Positions 37,638-47,721 of a stretch of DNA of 64,000 nucleotides are shown piece after piece; position 1 is the stretch's first letter, and the number at the start of each line of letters is the position of its first letter. Both the position numbers and the translations under genes were made by a program. The DNA is from Akkermansia sp. (GTDB taxonomy: Bacteria; Verrucomicrobiota; Verrucomicrobiia; Verrucomicrobiales; Akkermansiaceae), in assembly GCA_017471985.1 (NCBI GenBank), contig JAFURE010000086.1, positions 385 to 64,384 on the forward strand, written 5' to 3'. The notes under the pieces were generated by a model. It was not told the DNA's origin. It worked only from the letters and a program-made list of their open reading frames with translations, and searched no databases.

Positions 37638-39176
37638 ATGAAAACTCCCGGAAAAGCGCGTGTATATCTGGTAGGAGCCGGTCCCGGTGACCCGGAACTG
37701 ATAACGGTAAAGGGGCTGCGGCTTTTGCAACAGGCTGATTGTGTGGTGTACGATGCCCTTGCTGATAGCGCATTGCTGAGCCATTGCAGACCGAATTGTG
37801 AAAAGGTATATGTCGGCAAGCGTGCCGGAAATCATGCCCTGCCACAGGAGGAAATAAACAGGCTTCTTATAGACTGCGCAACGAAGTATGCCTGTACCGT
37901 GCGCTTGAAAGGGGGCGATCCCTATGTTTTCGGGCGGGGCAGTGAGGAGGCTATGGCCTTGCTGAGTGCCGGGGTTGCTTGCGAAGTGGTACCCGGTATA
38001 ACGTCGGCGATTGCCGGTCCGGCCGCAATGGGGGTACCTGTGACTCACCGAGGTATTTGCTCTCAATTTACCGTATTCACCGGTCATGAAATGGCCGGTA
38101 AGGAGGAGAGTAGTTTGGATATAAAGTCAATTGCCGCAAGTGAGGGAACTAAGGTTATATTGATGGGAATGAGTCACTTGCGCCATACTTTACAGCAGTT
38201 GATGGAGGCCGGAATGATGCCCTCCACCCCGGCTGCAGCTGTGCAATGGGCAACAACCCCGCGACAGCGCTGGGTGACTGCGACCGTAGCTACTCTGGCA
38301 GATGTTGTTGAACAGTCAGGGGTGACTTCGCCCGCTGCGGTGGTGATTGGAGATGTGGTGGGGCTGCAGACTGAACTAGCCCCGACGGTGGCGCCCCGTC
38401 GCCTTGCCGGCAAGCGTGTTGTCGTGACCCGTACACGAGAACAGGCCAGTGCATTGTCATCGGCGTTGCGCGAATATGGTGCAGATGTTCTGGAACTGCC
38501 TACCATTCGTATAGCTCCTCCCTCTGATAGGGCTGACTTTGCAGCTGCTGTTGTAGATAGCCCTCATTATGACTGGCTCATATTCTCCAGCCCCAATGGT
38601 GTGAAAAAGTTCTTTGAGGCGTTTTTCTCTGTTTACGAGGATATTCGCGAGCTAGGTGGTGCCCGCATAGCCGCCGTAGGACCCGGGACTGCTGCCGAAC
38701 TCAAGAAATATGGCCTCATGGTGGATGTTATGCCACAGAAGGCTGTGGCCGAAGAACTTATTGCTGAGTTTGACCGTAAGGGCGATGAGTTCGGTGGTGT
38801 CGCCAATGTCACTATGCTCTGGATTCACAGTGAAAAGGGGCGGGATATCGTTTACAAAGAGCTGATGAAGCGGCAGGCAATCGTGGATGAGTGCATCGCC
38901 TATAATACGGTGCCCGAGACCGAGGACCCCACCGGGGCACGTGGAAGACTGGCGGCTGAAGGTGCCGACCTTGTCACGTTCACCAGTTCCAGTACCGTAC
39001 ATAACTTTATGGCTCTCGGAATTAAATTGCCCGCCGGATGTAAAGTCGCGAGTATCGGGCCGGTTACCAGTGCCACTTTGAGGGAATACGGTATCGAACC
39101 CGATATGGAAAGTGAAAAACACAATATCGGGCACTTGGTGCAAACAATACTTGCAGGCCTGTCGGATGGAAAGTAA
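37638..39176 (+). CDS. cobA: fused uroporphyrinogen-III C-methyltransferase / uroporphyrinogen-III synthase
   Basis: VYLVGAGPGDPELITVKG (SUMT domain), then a HemD-like half (RVVVTRTREQASAL...). Start at ATG 37638. Confidence 0.85.
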   Translation: MKTPGKARVYLVGAGPGDPELITVKGLRLLQQADCVVYDALADSALLSHCRPNCEKVYVGKRAGNHALPQEEINRLLIDCATKYACTVRLKGGDPYVFGRGSEEAMALLSAGVACEVVPGITSAIAGPAAMGVPVTHRGICSQFTVFTGHEMAGKEESSLDIKSIAASEGTKVILMGMSHLRHTLQQLMEAGMMPSTPAAAVQWATTPRQRWVTATVATLADVVEQSGVTSPAAVVIGDVVGLQTELAPTVAPRRLAGKRVVVTRTREQASALSSALREYGADVLELPTIRIAPPSDRADFAAAVVDSPHYDWLIFSSPNGVKKFFEAFFSVYEDIRELGGARIAAVGPGTAAELKKYGLMVDVMPQKAVAEELIAEFDRKGDEFGGVANVTMLWIHSEKGRDIVYKELMKRQAIVDECIAYNTVPETEDPTGARGRLAAEGADLVTFTSSSTVHNFMALGIKLPAGCKVASIGPVTSATLREYGIEPDMESEKHNIGHLVQTILAGLSDGK

Positions 39177-40218
39177 TAGCCAGACTCAGCTGCGGTGCCT
39201 TGGTCTGAATTATCGCACCGCCCCGGTGGCTGTGCGTGAGCGGTTCGCCGTTCCTCGTAGTGGTTTGGTGCAGGGTAATGCAGCTATTGCAGCCCTGCAG
39301 GGGGTGCAGGAGTGCGTGCTGCTCTCAACGTGTAATAGGACTGAGATATATTATTGGACCGAGTCCCCTGATTTGGCTCACAGAAATATCATGTCTTACT
39401 TCTTCGGCGGGGAGATTCCCTCAGAAGTAAGCTCTGCCTGTTTTTACGACTATCAGTCGGAGTCTGCTCTGGAGCACCTGGCTTGTGTGGCGGCCGGGCT
39501 GGATTCGATGGTGGTGGGCGAAACCGAAATCTTTGGTCAGCTGAAGGAGGCCTACAGAGCTGCGCAAGAGGCCGGTTCAACTTCGACTGCTGCTAATCGC
39601 ACTTTTCAGAGGGTATTTTCTGTTGGTAAGAAGGTTCGTACAGAGACTCAGATAACCTCCGGGCCGACATCCCTGGGGGCTGTGGCGGTCCAACTTGCCG
39701 GTCGTGCTCTGGGAAATCTGGAGGGAGCCAACGTGTTGGTAGTCGGTGCAGGGGAGATTGCCCGCAGCACTGCTCAGAGCCTGCGCTCCCGAGGTGCCGA
39801 GAGCATATTCGTAGCCAATCGCTCCTATGACCGCGCGCTCCTACTTGCCGAACAGGTAGGTGGCAAGGTTATTCGTTTCGCTGAATGGATTCCCTATCTT
39901 GAGCAGATTGATATCGTCATTGTATCTACAGCCGCTCCCGTCTATGTCGTGACCGCTGATGTGCTGAGTGCAGTATTGGCCGCTCGCTCTCAACGCTCTC
40001 TCTTTCTGATTGATCTGTCGGTACCCCGCAATGTTGATCCCGCTTGCGCCGTGCTGCCCGGGGTGCATCTGTACGATATTGATGATATGCAGGGTATCGT
40101 AAGCGATACACACAGCAGGCGCGCCTCGCAAATTGAACAGGGGAGGGGCATTATTCGTGATTGGTTGCAGGAGAATGCTCCGGATATTCTGCACCGAAAT
40201 GCCGTGTTGCTCACTTAA
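39166..40218 (+). CDS. hemA: glutamyl-tRNA reductase
   Basis: LGLNYRTAPVAVRE, STCNRTEIY and an NADPH Rossmann segment (VVGAGEIA). ATG 39166 overlaps the cobA-hemD stop by 11 nt. Confidence 0.9.
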   Translation: MESNSQTQLRCLGLNYRTAPVAVRERFAVPRSGLVQGNAAIAALQGVQECVLLSTCNRTEIYYWTESPDLAHRNIMSYFFGGEIPSEVSSACFYDYQSESALEHLACVAAGLDSMVVGETEIFGQLKEAYRAAQEAGSTSTAANRTFQRVFSVGKKVRTETQITSGPTSLGAVAVQLAGRALGNLEGANVLVVGAGEIARSTAQSLRSRGAESIFVANRSYDRALLLAEQVGGKVIRFAEWIPYLEQIDIVIVSTAAPVYVVTADVLSAVLAARSQRSLFLIDLSVPRNVDPACAVLPGVHLYDIDDMQGIVSDTHSRRASQIEQGRGIIRDWLQENAPDILHRNAVLLT

Positions 40219-40300
40219 TTTTACGCATTTTTACATAATTTGATTTTTTTTTGAACATTTCTACCCAACTGGTAGTCTCTTAATATGTACGCTCACAGTT

Positions 40301-40816
40301 ATGAAAAGTAAAAATAATCACCCCACACCGGAGGAGGAAGAAATGTGGTCAAAGCTGCTTTCTCCTCTCAGGATTGAGCCCACGCCAGAGGCTGACTTTG
40401 AAAGTCGTTTTATCGAAGATTTTCACAGACGCCTGAAGCAGGAGCCTGCTCGCGTGTCGCTTACGGCACAACTTGTGGAGCGCGTGAAATACTTCATGAC
40501 TGATTTTGCCGGGCGTAGGTGGGCAACAGCTGCGACTACTGCGTTGGTCGTGGCTTTTGTTGTGGGGGGCTTGATGTGGCCTGAGTCTGATATGCCCAAG
40601 GCTGTCGCCTCTGTTGGTACGCCGGTCGAACAGGTTGTCGAACAGCAAAAGCGCACCGTTGCTGATATTGCACCCTCTGTTTTGGTTAATCGAGACAGTG
40701 TAATGGCATCCAAGATGATTGCTCCTATCCACGAGGTGTCTGAGTCTGAGGAGGAGCAGAAGAGGAAAGAACAGGAATCGCCCGCTGAGATTACGCCCGA
40801 ACCGTCTGCTGAATAA
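40301..40816 (+). CDS. hypothetical single-pass membrane protein (anti-sigma-like topology)
   Basis: 171 aa. One TM (ATAATTALVVAFVVGGLMW) and an acidic C-terminus. Monocistronic, with its own terminator. Confidence 0.5.
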   Translation: MKSKNNHPTPEEEEMWSKLLSPLRIEPTPEADFESRFIEDFHRRLKQEPARVSLTAQLVERVKYFMTDFAGRRWATAATTALVVAFVVGGLMWPESDMPKAVASVGTPVEQVVEQQKRTVADIAPSVLVNRDSVMASKMIAPIHEVSESEEEQKRKEQESPAEITPEPSAE

Positions 40817-40851
40817 CGACACGGAAAATAGCTACCGATAGTTTCTGTTTT

Positions 40852-40901
40852 GCCCGTTTTACCGTATATTTTACGTATAAAGGTAATACGGGCTTGCTTT
40901 T
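40852..40901 (+). terminator. Rho-independent terminator
   Basis: GCCCGTTTTACC ... GGTAATACGGGC (12-bp stem with one mismatch) followed by TTGCTTTTT. Confidence 0.7.
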
Positions 40902-40922
40902 TGACTGACCTTTTGGTATATA
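40894..40922 (+). promoter_or_regulatory. sigma70-type promoter, leaderless geometry
   Basis: TTGCTT, 17 bp, TGgTATATA (40917..40922), then 7 nt to GTG 40930. Confidence 0.5.
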
Positions 40923-40929
40923 TACCCTC

Positions 40930-42456
40930 GTGGAAAAGGAGTGTATAAGGTGTAAATCTCGTTTTAATGCGACGGCTGAAGGACAGGAAATTTGCCCAGT
41001 ATGTCTCGATGCCGAGTTTGCTGTCGCAGCTACGTCTGTTTCTCAGGAAACGACGCAGGTTAAGGAAATGCAGCAGCGTATAAAACAGCGTCAAATTGCC
41101 CGAGCTGAACGACTGGGGGCGCGTTTTACCCGCAACAGTCCCTACAGCCTGATGGGGCGGGTTCGGTGCTCTCTGGCTATTTGTCTTTTCCTTCTTTGTG
41201 CCTTTGTCTTCATGATTGGCGATAGTGCTTCGTTGAAGACACCCGTCAATCAATTGGAACTGGAGTATCAGCTGATGGTTTCGGTGGGCTGCAGCCTGCT
41301 GTCCGTCATTTTTCTGCTGCCTTCGTTCAAGTACCACAAGTTGTATATATCTCTTGTCTCCATTGTGCTTCTGGCCGGAGGGGCGGTTATGCCCTTTATA
41401 TGGCATTTCCGTACGCCCGTGGTTTTAGCACCTGCTCCGGCTGTTAAGGCGAAGGTGGCGGAAGAGCCAAAAGGCGAGGAGAAGAAAGCCGGTGGGCGAG
41501 TACTGTCCGATGCAGATCTGGAGGTTTATCGTACTAAATGTTCGGAACTTCCTCGCCAGCGGCATTTTGCTGTATATATGGACGACCAGACCCCCATTTC
41601 GCGTTCCCTGCTGCGAGACGCTCTCACACGACTGCTGCAGGCTGAATATACTCAGGCATTCACACGCAAGGCGGGGGCTTTGTTTGTTGTGGTGAATGCC
41701 CGTGCCGACAGTGCGAGTGTAACCAGAGTTCTGACTCGATATGGTGGAATAACTTATGCCGAAACTCAGAGTGGGGTGTTTGAGGTGGATTTTGACCCCA
41801 AAAAGGCAGATCTTGTATGTCGGTATTCCTCGGAGGTGTTGTCCTCTCCCCGTAACCCGAACTTCGTTGCAGCTAATGTCAGCGAGATCTGCTGTCTGGA
41901 CCCCATGCGCGTGACCGCTGCCGCTACGGTGTTGGCCAATACCAATGTGCAGGTATTGCGGCATGATATCAAAAACGCGCTCTTGCGCGTGCTGCAAGAC
42001 CCATGGTTGTCTGAGCCGGATGCATATCAGGCTCTGGTAGAAGCCCTTGTGGTATATGCTCCCTTGGGGGATGCTCAGGCGCTGCAGGCGTTCCGTACCT
42101 ATTATAATGATGCCTACTCATCCGGTTACGGGCTTTCTCCTCGAGTGGTGCAACGCCTTATCGAGGAAGACCCTGACGGCATGGTAGAGCCGGTTGTTCA
42201 GATGTGGATAGCTAATCCGATTGCCTGGAAGGGGATGATTGAATTGCTTGGTAATAGGGTGGAGGATTCGCTCCTGAAGCGGGTAAATGCCCAATCTGAG
42301 CTTCAGACGCTTGATGCCGCCATGCTATTTTTTGAGGATAACGGAACACTGAAATGTATACCTCTCTTAGAGTCCCTGCAACAGCACCCAGATTCCCTTA
42401 TCGCTCATAAGGCCGGGAAAACCCTGGAAGCCGTTAAGGCGCGCTGCTCCAACTAA
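40930..42456 (+). CDS. hypothetical membrane protein: N-terminal zinc ribbon, about 3 TM segments, helical-repeat C-terminal domain
   Basis: CIRCKSRF...CPVC zinc ribbon, hydrophobic segments at about aa 80-170, and a HEAT-like C-terminus. GTG start. Confidence 0.55.
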   Translation: MEKECIRCKSRFNATAEGQEICPVCLDAEFAVAATSVSQETTQVKEMQQRIKQRQIARAERLGARFTRNSPYSLMGRVRCSLAICLFLLCAFVFMIGDSASLKTPVNQLELEYQLMVSVGCSLLSVIFLLPSFKYHKLYISLVSIVLLAGGAVMPFIWHFRTPVVLAPAPAVKAKVAEEPKGEEKKAGGRVLSDADLEVYRTKCSELPRQRHFAVYMDDQTPISRSLLRDALTRLLQAEYTQAFTRKAGALFVVVNARADSASVTRVLTRYGGITYAETQSGVFEVDFDPKKADLVCRYSSEVLSSPRNPNFVAANVSEICCLDPMRVTAAATVLANTNVQVLRHDIKNALLRVLQDPWLSEPDAYQALVEALVVYAPLGDAQALQAFRTYYNDAYSSGYGLSPRVVQRLIEEDPDGMVEPVVQMWIANPIAWKGMIELLGNRVEDSLLKRVNAQSELQTLDAAMLFFEDNGTLKCIPLLESLQQHPDSLIAHKAGKTLEAVKARCSN

Positions 42457-42486
42457 ACTGAAAGATTTCAACCAACTTTACACTAT

Positions 42487-45162
42487 ATGTCAACAAATCT
42501 GGTCAAACTACTCTCTTTTGTACTGAGCGCCATGGTTGGCGGCTATCTTGCCTCCTGGGTGTATGAGATAGCAACAGCACCACCGGCTCAGAAATCCCCG
42601 GTGGCAGCAGTCACAACCCCGGATAAAACACCCGAGGAAGATACGTCTGAGGACAGTACCCCGGTTCAGGGTGTCGTTATTGATGAAGGTGGCGATGTGA
42701 GCGCCAACGATTCGGATATGGCTGCTATGGATGCCGAGGACGAGGATGAGAGCGCCTGGGAGGGAACGGACGATGGTTCCGGTCTTGTGGAGCGCGACCC
42801 CGATTCCTTCATGCCCAAGGAGCAACCACCTGCACCGCTGAAAGAGATTGCCGAGGCCGATATTCCCGTGCTGCCCGGTCAGGATGTTGTGCCCGGTGTG
42901 TGTACTTCGGCCCGTAACGGCTCCATTGAGCGCAACGCCAAAAAACTGGCAGATGCCTACGACAAACTCGAGAAAAAAGGAAAGGGTAAGACAGAGTTCC
43001 GTAGCGAGGATTTTGCACCCGATGCGTGGAAAAAGCCCGATATCATCTATAAGGACCTGCTGGAGCGCGTGCTCAGCAAAATTGGTGATGGCAATGATGA
43101 AGCCATCTGGGCATTCCTGGCTGACCCGGCCAATCGACTGGACCTCGCTCGCATAACCCTCATCCGCAAGGTTGGTTACGAGGGTATTCGTAAGGTGGCG
43201 GAGCAGAAAATGGGTTCAGCACTTCTCTTCGAGCTCTCCAGCGATTTGGATTGGATTAATGGTGTTGTTTTCTCCGGCCCTACTGACCGATTGGGGCAGG
43301 GGCTGGTATACCTGGCCAAGATTTACTCTCTGTATTCGGAAGATATGCAGGATCCGGTCACGCGCCGTATTGCTGCCACGACGGCTACAGAGTTTGCCCG
43401 CGAGCGTTACTCCGAAAAAGATATGCTGGCTCGCTTTGCCTACTATTTCAGTAGTTATCAGGCCGGTAAGCTCAACGTCCTGTTTGATGACCTTGCCTAT
43501 TGGGAAACCCGCCTGGTAACAGGTTGTAAAGAACCCGGCGGCTGGGGCAGCCCGCAGTCACTCGCCTGGCAGCGAGATAACGTGCGCCTGCCTGTCGAGG
43601 GCTATCTGGGTGCCAGTGGTCAGCTTGTTTACCGTCTGCGCAACGTTGCCGGTGACTCCGTATTCTCGGACGACTATCTTGGCCCCATCATGAAGTATAC
43701 CAAGAACACCACCGCCTGGGCTCATCGCGAAATTGGCGGCGTGTGTGGTGCCTGTTCTCACTACGGTGCTTATGGTGCTCTGGCTGCAGGTCTGCCTGCC
43801 ATGACCATGGGTGAGCCCGGCCACTGTGCCTATGCTGTACGCGTGGGTACGGAATGGAAGAAGGGCTACTCCATTTACTGGCAGCACGGTATGCACAAGA
43901 CATTCTGGGGTATGCATGACTGGGACTTCCTTATCCTCATGCAGGACCTCTATACCGAGCGCAACAAGACTATGGTGTCCGATGAGCTGGTGGCTCTGGC
44001 CGAGTTGCTGGCTTCCCGACGCATGATGAAGAGTGCTATCGACTGTTTCGATGCTGCTGTTGTGGCTCAACCTCTTAACTGGCCGGCCTGGATTTCCTAT
44101 GCTGCCTATCTTAAGCAGAAAGCTCCGCAGAATAAGGAAAAGTGGAAGGAGATGCACGACAAGGTGGTGGAGACCATGGCTGTTAAGTTCCATAACTGTG
44201 CCGCCTCGATGCTCAGCCGCTATGTGTACCCCCACCTGCTGCCGCTGGAGCCCAACCGCCGCGAGCGCAACAAGATGTTTGCCGCTTTCTTCAAAAAGTG
44301 CAAGGACTTCGGTACCAATCGCTGGGATATTGCCCCGCTCCTCACGGCTCACATGGCCGGCTGTCCCAATCCCGAAGAGCAGCTTGCCTACATGAAGGAG
44401 GCGCTCAATACCCTGATGGATAAGCCCGACTACTCCGGTGCCGTGCTTGCCTGGGGCTTGGATTTCATTGCCTCTGTCCCCGGCTCCGATGCCGAGAATG
44501 AGAAGTTGCAGGAGGAATTCAGCGAACTGGTGGTCAAGACTATGAGCCGTGCCCGCACGACCAAGAAGACTATCGATGCCACCTGGGCAGCCCTCGGCGA
44601 GGCTATTTATACAGCCGCTACCAATGGCGACAAGCGTACTTTCCAGGCCATTGGTAAGCTTGCCAGTCGCAAGTGCAAAAAGATGTTCCCCAAGAACAAG
44701 TTTAAGTTCCGTGCATTCCCCGGCAAGATTGTGTCTGCCAAGGGCATCATCCGCACGGCTACTACACTCGACCCCGGCCAGATGCCGCAGTGCTGCCTGC
44801 ACTGGGCTGTGCTGCAGAAGACCGGTGGCCAGATTCCTGCGAAGTTCGAGGGCAAATCCGGTATGACCCTTGAACTGGAGGACAACTCACGCCTCAGCGG
44901 CCTGGTCTGTCTGTTTGGCGAGAATGCCCGCCGCGACCGCGACTTTAAGGTCGAGGTGTCCGACGATGGTCAGAACTGGGAACCTGTGCGAGCCAAGTGT
45001 GAGATATCCGGTGCTGTGATTCGCTGTGACATGCGAGATGCCGCTCCCTGTGCCCGATTCGTGCGCTTGCTGCGTGATGGCGATAAGTGGGAGTCCAACA
45101 TCGTAGGTTTCTACGTCTACGGTAAGTTGCTCAAAGAGAAAAAGGGCGAAGATAAAAAATAA
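42487..45162 (+). CDS. membrane-anchored 891-aa protein with a transglutaminase-like Cys/His core and a C-terminal discoidin (F5/8 type C)-like domain
   Basis: N-terminal TM, an acidic region, GGVCGACSHYGAYGALAAGLPA...GHCAYAV (transglutaminase-like pattern), and a C-terminus NWEPV...ARFVRLL...NIVGFYVYG. Confidence 0.6.
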   Translation: MSTNLVKLLSFVLSAMVGGYLASWVYEIATAPPAQKSPVAAVTTPDKTPEEDTSEDSTPVQGVVIDEGGDVSANDSDMAAMDAEDEDESAWEGTDDGSGLVERDPDSFMPKEQPPAPLKEIAEADIPVLPGQDVVPGVCTSARNGSIERNAKKLADAYDKLEKKGKGKTEFRSEDFAPDAWKKPDIIYKDLLERVLSKIGDGNDEAIWAFLADPANRLDLARITLIRKVGYEGIRKVAEQKMGSALLFELSSDLDWINGVVFSGPTDRLGQGLVYLAKIYSLYSEDMQDPVTRRIAATTATEFARERYSEKDMLARFAYYFSSYQAGKLNVLFDDLAYWETRLVTGCKEPGGWGSPQSLAWQRDNVRLPVEGYLGASGQLVYRLRNVAGDSVFSDDYLGPIMKYTKNTTAWAHREIGGVCGACSHYGAYGALAAGLPAMTMGEPGHCAYAVRVGTEWKKGYSIYWQHGMHKTFWGMHDWDFLILMQDLYTERNKTMVSDELVALAELLASRRMMKSAIDCFDAAVVAQPLNWPAWISYAAYLKQKAPQNKEKWKEMHDKVVETMAVKFHNCAASMLSRYVYPHLLPLEPNRRERNKMFAAFFKKCKDFGTNRWDIAPLLTAHMAGCPNPEEQLAYMKEALNTLMDKPDYSGAVLAWGLDFIASVPGSDAENEKLQEEFSELVVKTMSRARTTKKTIDATWAALGEAIYTAATNGDKRTFQAIGKLASRKCKKMFPKNKFKFRAFPGKIVSAKGIIRTATTLDPGQMPQCCLHWAVLQKTGGQIPAKFEGKSGMTLELEDNSRLSGLVCLFGENARRDRDFKVEVSDDGQNWEPVRAKCEISGAVIRCDMRDAAPCARFVRLLRDGDKWESNIVGFYVYGKLLKEKKGEDKK

Positions 45163-45190
45163 AACTGATTAACTCTTTTTTGTAAAAGCT

Positions 45191-46150
45191 ATGTTGAAAA
45201 AACTTTTATCCGTTCTTTTGGTGCTGGGTGTTGCCACGGCTCCACTGCTCAGTGCCGCAGAGTACCAGACAGCTCTCGGCAAGGCCTCCGACCGCAAACC
45301 GGTGGTTCTCTTCTGCTACGGTGCTAACTATGATAAGGTCAGTGAGGAGGTACGCGAGAAATTCGTCAAAAAACGCGAGATTATGCGCTATGCACGCGGT
45401 GCGGTGTTCGTTGAGGTGCCTATTTACCAGCTCCCCAACGAGAAAGAGCAGCGTGAGTATAAGAAGGTCATGGGCGATGCCGGGCTGCCCGGTGGTATAT
45501 GGAGCTACCCCTGTCTGGCTGTTGTCGACGGCAGCGGTACGCTGCGCGGTGTGGTGCAGGGCGCTGACCAGATGAAGGATGCCGAGACGGCCGGTAAGTA
45601 CCTGGAGCGCATTATCGATGATTACATTGAGCAGGAAAAGCTGCTTAAAAAGGCTCGTGGTACCAAGGGTAAGCGACAGATTTCTTTCCTGGCCGAGGCC
45701 GCCGATATGAAGGATGTCCGCATGCCTGCCAATCCGCTGGGCGAGGGTGTGCAGACCGGTCTGGGTAGTCTGGCAACCAATGCCACCGGTATGCTCGAGG
45801 TCGGTCAGAAGATGCAGACCATGAGCCTGGAGGCAGCTCACAAGTACGTGCGTTCGGTGATTGCAGATGGTTATTACTCCCGCCGTCAGCGCCAGGAGAT
45901 TATGGCTGCGTATTCCGGACATGTGCGCCGCAATGGTGGCTCTGCTGCCCGCCTGCGTGCTATTTACACCGAAATGCGCAATATCGACCCCACCTCCATA
46001 TATGGAGCATATGCAGAGGGCGCGATTGAGCGCTGGGTTGTCCCCATGGAGAAATCCGCTGCTGCACAACCGGCCTCTGCCGCCGGTTCTGCCGGCGGTA
46101 AGGGTAAAGGAAATACCGCTATGGGCTCTTCCGAAAAATCTGGAAATTAA
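45191..46150 (+). CDS. hypothetical secreted protein with a thioredoxin-like N-terminal region lacking CxxC
   Basis: Signal peptide MLKKLLSVLLVLGVATAPLLSA. KPVVLFCYGANYD is thioredoxin-fold-like but has no redox motif. Confidence 0.5.
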   Translation: MLKKLLSVLLVLGVATAPLLSAAEYQTALGKASDRKPVVLFCYGANYDKVSEEVREKFVKKREIMRYARGAVFVEVPIYQLPNEKEQREYKKVMGDAGLPGGIWSYPCLAVVDGSGTLRGVVQGADQMKDAETAGKYLERIIDDYIEQEKLLKKARGTKGKRQISFLAEAADMKDVRMPANPLGEGVQTGLGSLATNATGMLEVGQKMQTMSLEAAHKYVRSVIADGYYSRRQRQEIMAAYSGHVRRNGGSAARLRAIYTEMRNIDPTSIYGAYAEGAIERWVVPMEKSAAAQPASAAGSAGGKGKGNTAMGSSEKSGN

Positions 46151-46156
46151 ACGATT

Positions 46157-47656
46157 ATGACAGGTCTTGCGGCATTTTTTGCCTGTGCGATTTTGTTGGT
46201 GCTCGGCTACTTTGTATACGGCAAAGTAGCTGAGCGTGTATACGGGGTGGATTTCAAAATGCTCATGCCCTGTGAGCGTATGGCCGATGGCGTGGACTAT
46301 GTAGCCATGCCGACATGGCGTATCTTCATGGTGCAACTCTTGAATATCGCCGGGTTGGGACCGGTGTTTGGTGCTTTCGCCGGGTGTTTGTTCGGCCCGG
46401 TTGCTCTGGTGTGGATTGTTCTGGGCTGCCTGCTTGCCGGGGCTGTTCATGACTTCATGGCCGCTGCGGCCTCTGCCGAGCACAATGGCGAGAACCTGCC
46501 CGAGCTGGTAGGGCGCTATCTGGGCAAGTCTGCTCACTGTGTGATGCGCGGGCTCTGCATTCTGCTCATGCTGCTGGTGGGCGTGGTCTTCACCTCCGGC
46601 CCGGCCGGAATGCTACATGCCATGATGAGCGATTTATCGGTGACATGGTGGTGTGTTATCATTCTTCTCTATTATTTCCTTGCCACCATTCTGCCCATCG
46701 ATGTAATCATCGGCAAGATATACCCATTCTTCGGTGCTCTGTTTATCTTTATGGCCGTGGGGCTTGCCGTTATGTTACCCCTTTCATCTGAGGTGGAGGT
46801 GCTGCCCAATCTCGATGTGCTGACCAATGTACATCCCGCCGGCTTGAGTATATGGCCCATGATATTTGTCACAATCGCCTGTGGTGCCATCTCTGGCTTT
46901 CATGCCACTCAGAGCCCGATGATGGTTCGCTGTCTGCAGCAGTCCCGCAATCTGCGCCCTGTCTTTTACGGTGCAATGGTAATGGAGGGGCTTGTGGCTC
47001 TCATCTGGTGTGCTGTCGGTCTGAGCATGCGCGATTTTGTGACAGATTATGCCCTGGTGGCAGATTCTGCCGGTAAGCTGGCTCCGCAGCTGATTGCGGA
47101 TGGCGGAGCAGGGGTGCCCTTTCATAAGCTCTTGGTTGTCAGCCCAGCAACTGCGGTCAATCAGGCCTGCACCACTCTGCTGGGGCCGATAGGGGCCGTC
47201 ATTGCGGTGCTGGGTGTGGTGGTGCTGCCCATTACCAGTGGCGATACTGCTATGCGCTGTTGCCGCTTGATGGTGGCTGATATCTTTAAGATGAGCCAGA
47301 CATCTGTTGCCCGTCGTTTGCTGATTGCTGTGCCGATATTTGTCTGTGTTATCGTAATCGCCAATGTTGATTTCAGCGTTATCTGGCGCTATTTCGGCTG
47401 GGCAAACCAGACTCTGGCCTGCTTCACGCTCTGGAGTATAGCCGTGCTCTTGCGTATTCGGGGGCGCCTGCACTGGGTTGTGACCATTCCGGCTGTTTTC
47501 ATGACCACAATGTGCACCACCTATCTGCTCTATGCGCCGGACTGTGCTATCGGTCTGCCGATTGGCGTGGCAACAGGAATCGGTCTGCTCGTGGCTCTAC
47601 TGTGCATGATTGGGCTTCTCTATGTCCGGGCGCGCAGAATGATGCCTAAAAACTGA
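46157..47656 (+). CDS. cstA: carbon starvation protein A family transporter
   Basis: LLNIAGLGPVFGAFAGCLFGPVALVWIVLGCLLAGAVHDF is the CstA signature. Polytopic membrane protein. Confidence 0.85.
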   Translation: MTGLAAFFACAILLVLGYFVYGKVAERVYGVDFKMLMPCERMADGVDYVAMPTWRIFMVQLLNIAGLGPVFGAFAGCLFGPVALVWIVLGCLLAGAVHDFMAAAASAEHNGENLPELVGRYLGKSAHCVMRGLCILLMLLVGVVFTSGPAGMLHAMMSDLSVTWWCVIILLYYFLATILPIDVIIGKIYPFFGALFIFMAVGLAVMLPLSSEVEVLPNLDVLTNVHPAGLSIWPMIFVTIACGAISGFHATQSPMMVRCLQQSRNLRPVFYGAMVMEGLVALIWCAVGLSMRDFVTDYALVADSAGKLAPQLIADGGAGVPFHKLLVVSPATAVNQACTTLLGPIGAVIAVLGVVVLPITSGDTAMRCCRLMVADIFKMSQTSVARRLLIAVPIFVCVIVIANVDFSVIWRYFGWANQTLACFTLWSIAVLLRIRGRLHWVVTIPAVFMTTMCTTYLLYAPDCAIGLPIGVATGIGLLVALLCMIGLLYVRARRMMPKN

Positions 47657-47677
47657 CGTCTTCATTCCATTTGTGCC

Positions 47678-47706
47678 TTGAAAAGCACAGGGGCTTGTGA
47701 TATCCT
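47678..47706 (+). promoter_or_regulatory. sigma70-type promoter of the PBP gene
   Basis: TTGAAA, 17 bp, TGaTATCCT, then 15 nt to ATG 47722. Confidence 0.5.
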
Positions 47707-47721
47707 ATCCACACAGAGAGT

